64,000 nt of DNA from NCBI GenBank assembly GCA_903813345.2, contig CAIIXF020000001.1, positions 992,001 through 1,056,000 on the forward strand, given 5' to 3'. Position 1 is the first letter of the stretch. Each line of letters begins with the position of its first letter. Source of the stretch: Owenia fusiformis (Eukaryota). Under the pieces are notes generated by a model. It searched no databases. It saw only the letters and a list, made by a program, of their open reading frames with translations, and was not told the origin of the DNA. A program made the position numbers and the translations under genes. Shown piece by piece: positions 27,135 to 37,865 of the stretch.

Positions 27135-28507
27135 ACCAAGATTTGCCACGCCAATTTGATTTTGCATCATCTTTCACCCAAATTGCCATGCCAATTTGAT
27201 TTAGCATCATCTTTCACCCAGATTTAGCATCATCTTTCACCCAGATTGCCTCGCCAATTTGATTTTGCATCATTTTCCACCCAAATCGCCATGCCAATTT
27301 GATTTTGCATCATGTTTCACCAGGATTTGCCAAGTCAATTTGATTTTGCATGACTTCTTACCCAGATTCCCTGGCCAATTTGATTTTGCATCATACTATA
27401 CCCAAATTGCCATGCCAATTTGATTTTGCACCATCTTTTAATCCAGATTACCACGCCAATTTGATTTTGCATCATCTTTCACCCAGATTGCCACGCCAAT
27501 TTAATTTTGCATCATCTTTCACCCAAATTGCCATGCCAATTTGATTTTGAATCATCTTTTACCCAGATTGCCACGCCAATTTGATTTTGCATAGTCTTTC
27601 ACCAAAATTGCCTCGCCAATTTGATTTTGCACCATCTTTTACCCAGATTACCACGCCAATATGATTTTGCACCATCTTTCACCCAGATTGCCATGCCAAT
27701 TTGATTTTGCACCATCTTTTACCCAGATTACCACGATAATTTGATTTTGCACCATCTTTCACCCAGATTGCCATGCCAATTTGATTTTGCACCATCTTTT
27801 ACCCAGATTACCACGCTAATTTGATTTTGCGCCATCTTTTACCCAGATTGCCACGGCAATTTGATTTTGCATCATCTTTCACCCAAATTGCCACGCCAAT
27901 TTGATTTTGCATCATCTTTCACCCAGATTCCAACGCCAATTTGATTTTGCATCGTCTTTCACCCAAATTGCCTCGCCAATTTGATTTTGCATCATCTTTC
28001 ACCCGGATTTGCCACGCCAATTTGATTTTGCATCATCTTTCACCCGGATTTGACACGCCAATTTGATTTTGCACCATCTCTAACGCAGATTGCAACGCCA
28101 ATTTGATTTTGCATCATCCTTCACCTAGATATGCCACGCCAATTTGATTTTGCATCATCTTTCACCCGGATTTGCCAAGTCAATTTGATTTTGCATCATC
28201 TTTCACCCAGATTGCCACGCCAATTTGATTTTGCATCATCTTTCACCCATATTGCCACACCAATTTGATTTTGCACCATCTTTCACCCAGATTTGCCAAG
28301 TCAATTTGATTTTGCATCATCTTTCACCCATATTGGCACGCCTATTTGATTTTGCATCATCTTTCACCCGGATTTGCCAAGTCAATTTGATTTTGCACCA
28401 TCTTTCACCCATATTGCCACGCCAATTTGATTCCGCATCATCTTTCACCCGGATTTGCCACGCCAAATTGATTTTGCATCATCTTTCACCCGGATTTGCC
28501 TCGCCTA
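27135..28507. repeat. 40/41-bp minisatellite, about 34 units
   Basis: Unit gccacgccaatttgattttgcatcatctttcacccagatt(t). Confidence 0.97.
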
Positions 28508-30368
28508 TTCTTAGAACCAGCTAGCTACGCCTTTGCATTGCATATTAGAGTTTGGTTAGGGATTTAATCTTATATTCAAAGCGCAGCTTCACGCTTATAA
28601 TTTTAGATATGATTATTGGCGTGTGCTCTGCAAACAGATTTCATCTCACACTGATTGAAAGGATTTCCTGGCTAAGAATATCAAGTTCATGTCCTTCCCT
28701 TCTTTTAATAGACCTTTCTCATAAATCCTGTCATCTTTTGGTACATCAAGTACACCAATGAAGCTATGATATATTACATTAAGTTTAAAGGTTTGAATAT
28801 TTTAGCAAATGTGTTATTCACTTTTGGTTGTGTTGTTCATTTTTGTTGGTATGTGTTTGTGTTTGTTATCTTCACATTTGTTTGTTTCATCACAAAGATA
28901 ATGATAAAGGTCAGGGTTCAAGCTTCCGATTCTTTCAGTATGTTCCAGTTACTTCCAGTTTCACACAAGAGGGGGAGAAACCCCAGGGTTCAAAGATGAC
29001 ATACGCTTATAATGTAAATCTGTATCGAGATGACATCGTCGCTGATTGGTTTAGCGAGTCGATCGTTGATTGGTTTAAAACTAGGTCAATTTGAAAACTT
29101 TAAAAACCAGGGGGGGAGATCTCCCAAAGTTCAGCCTTCGTATTCGATCACGTGGTACTCACGTGCTAGATCCATTTAAGGCTTACATGGCCATATACAT
29201 ATGTATAGGAATCCAACTGATTGTCCGCCATTTTGAATATCATGTGATAGATCCATATAAGGTTTGTATGACCATATAGGATGGCTAAGGGGAATCCCCG
29301 AATACGAAAGAATATGATAGCTATTATTATGGGAGCTACTCATTTCTTCTGTTTAAAAATCAAGGTGGAGGATAAACAAATATACGTACCTTTGGGAAAG
29401 GAGGTGCGCGAAGGAGGAAATCGTATGTCAATTGAATCATGGGGTTTTCCCTCTTAGTTGCACACAGAATTTAAATAAGATTTCAAAACTGAATAATATT
29501 AGCAGGGTTTTTAAGAGTAGGCATCGGTGAAATATGGTATAATTTGACACAATATGGATATATTTCTATACCTCTTCTTGAAAATAACAACGCATGCCTA
29601 AATGAGCTTCAAAAAAATAGGCATTTATAAATACATTTTCCATTCCACAGAAAATACGTTGTAACTTTTTAACATTCTTAACATAACTTTATTCAAATAT
29701 TCACATCAAATAAATTCAACAGAAAGCACAGTTTACAATGCGTGCCCACTTTCGCAATCATGCATGAATAGTTTCAGCAGGTCTAGTAGTTCCATCATAT
29801 TACAGTATCTGAGTATGATTGGGTCGTATTATCGCCCCGGGTATACGATGGGCTCGAGCAGCTCATGGAATAAATTGAGCATGAATACTGCCTGTTACAT
29901 ATTCGATTCTGAAATGATTTAATCTTTAAAATTGTACACATCAGGGTCACAGTTAATGCTCTCTAAGAAATCTGTAACCCTGGATATATAGTATTTTTCT
30001 AAATTATCACGATCAGTCAACTGCATCATCAGTGTATTAAATCATTGTTTCCTCACCGGCATATCCGGTAATATAACGTAAAGAACTAGCAGAGGATGGG
30101 TAGAAATAACATAAGTATCGTCCAATCAGAAATCGAGGTTTTGATATTTGCAATATATAATTCACGCAACAGAGACATTTGGTTTAAATGTGGTAGTAGC
30201 TGGTTCGTTCAGTGCGCCCCTTCCTTGTGATTGGGCAAAGAGGAGGATATACCCAGAATTCATTGAAGCACCTAATAGAGATTTACATGGAGGTAATTGT
30301 AGGATCACATTCGACGAAAAAGCAGACTCATCTGGTTCAATTCGTACAGTGGTTCCGCTCCTTGTAGA

Positions 30369-30602
30369 TTATCTCCGCTTTCTTCTTCCAAAGCACGATA
30401 CGGCCGACCAATAACATTGTTTAGCTTCTTTATGAGTTCTTTGTCTTTGTCCTCCCCCTCTTTTAATGAGACTGTCATTTTCTTCCAGGGAATTAAATTC
30501 AACATTCATGTCAGAGTTTCGTGAAGGAATTTGCTGTTCCATATTGTCTAGGGCATCGAGAAACTCAAGCAATCGCATCAGGAGAGGCTGGATAGTTTCC
30601 AA
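30369..30602 (-). CDS. Terminal coding exon of a second allatostatin-C-family (AstCC/AstCCC-like) precursor; predicted peptide GGGQRQRTHKEAKQCYWSAVSCF-amide
   Basis: Strong acceptor ttttttcatttgtttcag (AG at 30604-30603), phase 0. Reads LETIQPLLMRLLEFLDALDNMEQQIPSRNSDMNVEFNSLEENDSLI-KR-GGGQRQRTHKEAKQCYWSAVSCF-G-RRKRR-stop: acidic propeptide, dibasic site, C-x6-C-F ring, amidation signal. Minus-strand AATAAA at 29688-29693. The upstream exon was not identified. Confidence 0.82.
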   Translation of the reverse strand: METIQPLLMRLLEFLDALDNMEQQIPSRNSDMNVEFNSLEENDSLIKRGGGQRQRTHKEAKQCYWSAVSCFGRRKRR

Positions 30603-31619
30603 CTGAAACAAATGAAAAAAATATAATATAACAGAAAATTAAATTCATCGTCGGATTCAACGTATAGATAAACTGATTAAATTCTACCCTGATTCCAGAT
30701 TCAGGTGAAACAATCACAGTTTTTGGCACAAATCAAAGAAGAAATGACCAGCTAACTTTCTTAAAATCACGAACCATTGAATAGTTAGTGAAGATCTATG
30801 ACCTCAGATTCTTGAGTATACTGTAATAGGAACTTTTGCCCACTCATAAATATTCTTATATACCTTTTGATTGTGTATGAGAATTATGCATGTTATGAAA
30901 TGTTTTGAATTATCAAGGCGATGTGGTAATACACTGAAGGGGACTGTATTCTTGTTTTTTAATACGTACATATTTTCTTATGAATTTTCAGATTTTAGTG
31001 AGGACAATTAGTTGGTGAACCCGTACAATCCCAAAACCGATCAAAATATGAAAAGTCAGATTGGATTGATTCATAAATAATCGTGTATGGCAAGTCAAAT
31101 GGCATCAATTGTAACCAAGACGTATAAACAAAACATTATGAGATAACTCATTATTCTGGTACCAGGTATCACCCATTTGTGATCCATTGTATGTGTGAAG
31201 ATATTGATATCCATGAGTGGATATAACTGATATTTTTGAAAAACCATAGGATTGTCCGTTTATCCCATGGGAAATCTTAACCCAGATTTCGAAAAAATGG
31301 AAGGAAAAAATCTAATTTTTTTTTAAAAAAAATCTTGAAAAAAAATTTTAAGAAAGAAATTATTGAAAAAATCTAAACCATCGAATATCACTTTTAAGAC
31401 CATCGAATATCACTTTTTGAGAGGTGATATTCGATGGTTTGGTGATTTTTTGCTAAAATATGATATCTTGATCCACATATAAAATATATCTAGTTGATAT
31501 TCGATCTATATCCTTGTAACCATGGGATAAGATGAGTATATTATTTACCTGAATATTTACATGTTATAGCTGATCAAATGTGACTGAAGCATAACAAAAA
31601 AATCAATAGACAAGACAAT

Positions 31620-33465
31620 GGTACCTGTTACACTGCTGGGTTGAGTCTAACGAAGCATTTTTGTAACGAAGGTTAGCGAAAAAATTGTGTCCACACTGGC
31701 TTTATCCAACCCTAACGAAGCAATTATTTGGTGTTACACTGCACTTAAAAAGCTTCGTTGCGCGTGCGCAGTACTCATCTGCCCCACCCACTTATTATGA
31801 TTAATATTTTTGTTCTTTTGATATAAACCATTGATCAAACTCAAAAATCTAATTTTTAATGTTTATTTTTAACAATTCAGCACAGAAAAAGACTAGTTCA
31901 AAATTCTCTGGAAAATAAAACCAGATGAATGTGATCATTCCGTACACATGTCCATACATTTTTTCCCATCATTTCGATTTTTATATATTTCAGCTGTCAA
32001 TACGATTACAAGTATTGTTTTCATTTTCTATCATTTCCTTATAGAATAAAAATAGGCCTATGTTAATTACTAGGAGGAATTGGATTTGGGGTTTATACAG
32101 AGGACTAGTCTGTAATATCGTATAAAAACGTTCAATTTCCAAATGGACTTCTCAGTTATATTTCAAATAGTGTAGCCATTACTAAAATATCTCGGTGCAT
32201 TCGGCTGGTGGTTTAACTACTATTTCATGATCAATTCATTTTAATATGAATATTACCCGTCTCGCCAATATTCCATGCATATTTGAGTGCGTTTGACATA
32301 AATTAGTATGTTAATCCATCAGTCGTCCGTTGAATTCGAAAATGGCGCAAATTGGAAGAAACTTAAATATCAGTTATACGCATCGTCTAACGACACATCA
32401 ATAGTGTATGGGGCTGGCCTAAAACATGCAGCCTCTCTGTGGCAAATATCTGTCGACAAGAAACAATTTTGGCCACCGTCCCTTGTCCGCAGGTTTTACT
32501 GTATTTGTATACGGAAGTTTTGAAACGTAATTAATTCAATATATTTAAACATGAAGTTTAAATTCAATTACATTTTAAAATCGTCGAAGAATGAAATAAT
32601 AGAACGACTAGTACAAGTATTGCAATGGGGCGATAATCAGTTGAATACGATTTCTGAAGAGAGACATTTTCGAATCAATCAAATCGGCTAAATTCTCTGA
32701 TATGATTCACCGGGAAGCAATTGTATCAGTATCATGGTATAAACACCTTTAGAATTACATTCAAGGTATAAATATTCGAGGCGCAAGAAAAAATTAATAT
32801 TAAACATGTATGCCACAACTTTCTATTTACTAAGCATATCTTATGTAATTTCAAAAGTTTACCCTTCCACATATGAGACGGAGCTTTCCCGAAAGAGGGA
32901 CATTTAAATATTCTAGCTTTATTCCCTTATAGATCAGATAAACGTTTCAAAAATACCGTATACATATACGGTAAAACCTGAGTGTTTTAGATTTAATAAT
33001 TTTTGTCATATCAATGCGAGGAAAGGCAGGGAATCGAATGAAATGCCACGAAAGACGGTAAATCACATTTGTACGTGGCGTTTAGTGCTTGAGTTAGCGT
33101 CAATCTGTGACGCAAATAGGTAATTATTTTAATCAAAACGTAGCATTATAATAATACGTACTTAAAAACATGTTCTTTCCTCGCGATTCCTCTCATTTAA
33201 TACAAAATGATGAATGTGCTCTTTATTATGCGCATGCGCAAACCGCCAACTAAGCATTTTCTAACGAAGCTACCTGTTACACAGGCAAAAAACGCTTCGT
33301 TGGGACCTAACCTTCGTTGAATTTTCTACTCAATTGCTTCGTTATCAACTAAGCTTTTCTAACGAAGGCGGAGGTGTTACACTGGCCCAAAATTGCTTCG
33401 TTACGAAGCTTTTTGTCAAATTGCTTCGTAACGAAGCATTTCAACTGGCCTGTGTAACAGGGGTC
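31620..33465. mobile_element. About 1.85-kb non-autonomous DNA transposon, copy 1 (PIF/Harbinger-like by 3-bp TSD)
   Basis: Imperfect TIRs GGTACCTGTTACAC / GTGTAACAGGGGTC, flanked by AAT on both sides. Subterminal AACGAAG/CTTCGTT arrays. Near-identical copy at 50480-52320. No transposase ORF. Confidence 0.9.
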
Positions 33466-35079
33466 AATGATAAAGGTTTTGGGCTACTCACGCTCAATTA
33501 TGTTGAGACTACATGTCTAATTGATGTATTAAAGTATATTCATTATTATACTCGGAATTCAAGAATTAAATTCAAGACTTCATAATAAACTAGAAAATCC
33601 TTATTAACTATCTGATTGAATGTGTCTACTAATGAGGAAAGAAATTGTAACCCGACCATTGCATAAGTGTACTATCTTACTATTGAACACTATCTATCCC
33701 TGGGCACAATTGATAACATTCCGTATACATCGATTTGAATCAAGATCTAAAAATGGTCGAAATAGAGTTAAATGAATTGAATCTGTACTTGCTTTGTTAA
33801 AATATCAGAGACATTTGAGATTGTATTTTTATGTAGGACCCCCGGGGTAGGACTCGAGTACTCCCGGTAGAAGAACTGACTGGTGACATTAAACTCCAAG
33901 ACTCCGCCAGCTGAGTCAAGGGTACGACTGTGATAACTGGACAGAATAAGACTGAAAAATGTCGCATATAAACGGCTAGGTTGTTTAACAGATTGGCATG
34001 AAAAAATGATACGACCCCAAAATATTATAAAATAATTAGGACTCCAATCTTCCAAAATAATACTAGTGCCACTGCACTATTACAATGCCAACCTTCAGAA
34101 TCTTTTAGTACCATTTACCTATTTTATTGCTTGTCAAAGCCAAATGTGAACTAAGCGGACCTCTAGCAATCCGAAGGCAAGTCACATTCGTATAAGAAGA
34201 GACATATAAAACTAATATACTTATAAACCCTTAGGTATGAATATAGAAATTGTACATTCTAATTATAACGACGACAATTGCTCTAAATCAACATGTTCGA
34301 TAAGGGAATGTTGCTCTACTGTTCCAATTACATGTATCCTTATACTCTTATTAATTTCTAGAGAATATTTTTGACCTCGTAAAATAGTTGAACTCGGAAT
34401 ACTATTTTGGAACAATATAGTCATCAGAATAGTTGGGGGCTCCATATTAAGAGAGACGTATTTAAAACACAGGTAATTATGGAAGTAATTATATTGATTA
34501 ATATTGAGATGAGGGAGCAAAAATAGGTTGTTATTTTGAAAAGTGATAACATTTGCTATCTGGATTTCTCTAAATATCTCTAAAGCTCTTTAAATCTGTA
34601 TGTTCGTTGAGAGAATATTGTCTCATCAGTTTGTAAAGTATGATACTGATTAATATAATATATATACATATATATATTTGTCAACTGGACGATCAGAATG
34701 TATCTGAGTCGTCATTGCTAATATATCAAATTCCGTGTTGACAAGTCTGTTTGATCGAAATGTTATAAATAATTGAGTTCCAAGACAAGTCATAACTGTC
34801 AATGAGGGCCTAAGAGGTTTGTTCGATTAAATAAATATATATGAAATTATTGAGGCTTTCAAAGACTAATTGATAAGACAAGGACAATAAAACAATGATT
34901 AATATTAAGGCGAAGCACTATAGCTATATATATATTATTGATGTATGACGATCCTCATTCTAGTATCATCATCATTGCATCTTTCTGTTTGACCATAAAG
35001 GTTGAGAAGAAATGAGATGGCATGGTTTATAATGATGGGCGATCTTGTATTATGACTAAACGATTCTGATGTCATGTGA

Positions 35080-35875
35080 ACGAGTATACGACTAACTACT
35101 TTGCCAAACGAGTGTGCGACTTTGATAATAAAGGGTATGTGTGTTGAACGAATGTACGGCTTTGCCGAACGAGTGTACTACTGTGCTACACCAGTGTACG
35201 ACTGTTCTAAACGATTGTACTTAACGGTACGAGTATACGACTTTGCCAAACGAGTGCAATACTTTGCTACATGAGTGCGCGACTATGACAAACGAGTGTA
35301 CCACTTCGCTACACGAATGTGTGACTTTGCTAAAGGAGGGTACGAATGTGTCAAACGAGTGTACGACTTTGCTAAAGGAGGGAACGAATGTGTCAAACGA
35401 GTGTACGACTTTACTAAAGGAGGGTACGAATGTGCCAAACGAGTGTACGACTTTGCTAATGGAGGGTACGAATGTGTCAAACGAGTGTACGACTTTGCTA
35501 AAGGAGGGAACGGGTGTGTCAAACGAGTGTACGTATTTGCTAAAGGAGGGAACGAATGTGTCAAAAGAGTGTACGACTTTACTAAAGGAGGGTACGAATG
35601 TGTCAAACGAGTGTACGACTTTGCTAATGGAGGGTACGAATGTGTCAAACGAGTGTACGACTTTGCTAAAGGAGGGAACGGGTGTGTCAAACGAGTGTAC
35701 GAATTTGCTAAAGGAGGGAACGAATGTGTCAAAAGAGTGTACGACTTTACTAAAGGAGGGTACGAATGTGTCAAAAGAGTGTACGACTTTACTAAAGGAG
35801 GGTACGAATGTGTCAAACGAGTGTACGACTTTGCTAATGGTAATCGTAGAAAGAGTACGATTTTGTTAAACGAAG
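35080..35875. repeat. 21/42-bp minisatellite with a 168-bp higher-order repeat
   Basis: Unit cgagtgtacgactttgctaaa+ggagggtacgaatgtgtcaaa. Degenerate 21-bp monomers lie on the left. Confidence 0.95.
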
Positions 35876-37374
35876 TTTTTCGTAGTCAATGGCTATTCCG
35901 GTGTGAGATTCTCATATAGACAATAGTGTACAGAAGTAGTACATAGTGGCGTTTCAATCTGTTCTCCTGAAGACGTTAATAAAAAGCGACTAATGTATCT
36001 GGATGCTAATAGTTGATTATTTCATTTACAAAATACAATTCTAGAACAATAGAACAGAGAAAAGACAAATGTGTTTCTTTATTCCTGGTTGACGGACCAA
36101 TGTAGCTAATTTGCACTATTGACGAACACGCGTTGATTAACTATAATTCCTGTTTCAAGAAGTTAGTTTTGCATCAAATGTCTGGAACACCCACATCTCG
36201 CTCCCCCTCGACCTCCCACTGTCTTCTTCTCGTGTAGGTGTGAGGGCACTAGTGTAAACAATAAAAGTAGGCGAGCAGTGTGAACATGGATCCATTTGAA
36301 ACAGACACATTGAATGTCTGTTTGTGTAAATAAAGTTGACAATAAAATTTGGTTTTTGCAAAACAAAAATGACGCCATTTATATTATGGGCGCTGGTTGA
36401 CAGACATTACAATAAATTTTTATTAAACTTAAACTTATTATATACCAAATTAAAGATAAGTAAATTCCCTATCCACTGGTATATAATATGACATGTTTTC
36501 CTGAAGAAAATCAATATTTATTTTTGAAATACGAGTGTCCCATTTTTTGGACCACCTTTGCTCATCAGAGTGTAATGGGAAATCAAAGTTAGCTTAACCG
36601 GCCACACCAAAACATGCAGTACTACCAACCACATACAATCACAATACAATAAAATATGTATTTTCATGAATTACATTTCTTAGAAATAAATGAATTTGTA
36701 GCTTGCTTTACAAATTATAATAAGTATAGTGCACAGTAGCACAGTATAATGCTAAATAGCCATTGTCTTGCGATGAGCACATTGTAAATAAATTTCATAA
36801 ATATTCTTACATTGACATAGACCCTTGATTTCTGTCTCTTTTTAGCAATTTTATTTTTATATGATGAAATAAGTAGGAATACACTCATTTGAATTAAGAA
36901 TGCCAACAGGAGTAAGATACACGTGAAGTTTCCGATATTTCAAGGAGAATTCACACTTATTACGGCCAAATAAGATAATGAACCGGTTGTAATTAAAATG
37001 TATATTTTTGTTGTTTATGGGTCCAATGAAAATGTGATTTCTTATCTCATTCCAGCACAAATTTTAGAATAATTGGTTTTTAATGACACTGGTCCTGGAA
37101 TAATTCTTTCAGCATTTTAGTTTTGAAAATGTTCATCCCGAAATTCATATAAACCCCGAGATATTGTTGTCTTATCGAGTCATATCACGGTAACAAAGGA
37201 TCAATTAAATGGGACAAACGTCCCCTCGGACCACCACATTCTTGAATGAGACCGAAGCCAAATAGATTACAAAAATAATCTCAATCACAGGTATTCTACT
37301 TGGTAATCGACAGTCATCGGATAAAATGAGTTTTCGCATTATTTTCCTTTAAACACACAAAAATTATACGTACA

Positions 37375-37865
37375 TAGGGGTTATGCACTGGGAGGTTTTG
37401 GATACAGGGAATATCCCGAGGGATATACAATATATCTTCCCGAGCGACCGAAGGGAACGAGGGAAGATGTATTGTATATCCCAAGGGATATTCCATGTAT
37501 CCAAACCGACCGTGCATAACTGGTGTATCTCATACTTGAGTGGGTTTAGGGTAGATTTAACCTTTTCCACCTTTTTCAAATGACAAGATATTTATATTTA
37601 ACATTTTCGTAATATTCTTTTTGTTCAATACAATGAAATTGTAACATTTAAACTTAAAAAATTTAAATTGTAAAATTGAAAAATTAAAACTTTTGATATT
37701 TAAACTTTTTTAAACTTTTGAAAATTCCCGGGAGCGGGATGGATATATTATATCTGCCCGCATTTGGCCTGGAGCGGGACATATACAATATATCCTGCCC
37801 GCCCCTCAGATATGATATATATTCCCGAGTGATATCTACCCCAAACCCACTTAAGTATGAGATAC
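37375..37865. mobile_element. Inverted copy of the 20735-21222 element
   Basis: Reverse complement of 20735-21222. The spurious ORFs 37314-37517 and 37364-37579 match 21080-21376 and 21018-21239. Confidence 0.85.

Noticed and set aside
27135-28507. Possible CRISPR array or repetitive protein
   Set aside because: Contiguous 40/41-bp units with no spacers and constant frameshifting, in a eukaryotic context.
14569-30368. A third AstC-type paralogue between the two genes
   Set aside because: No further C-x6-C plus basic-site motif was found by eye or in the ORF track. Exons under 60 codons could have been missed, so a six-frame motif scan is needed.
30687-30777. Candidate signal-peptide exon immediately upstream of the peptide-2 exon (MVRDFKKVSWSFLL...)
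   Set aside because: In-frame TGA after 14 codons and a weak donor.
35243-35919. 208-214-aa ORFs with 14-aa Thr/Cys repeats (antifreeze-like appearance)
   Set aside because: Open in several frames on both strands because the 42-bp unit lacks stops. No signal peptide or splice support.
36811-36940. Hydrophobic minus-strand stretch (TCILLLLAFLIQMSVFLL) ending at an AAT|GTAAGA donor
   Set aside because: No in-frame ATG or acceptor ahead of the hydrophobic core, and an upstream in-frame stop.
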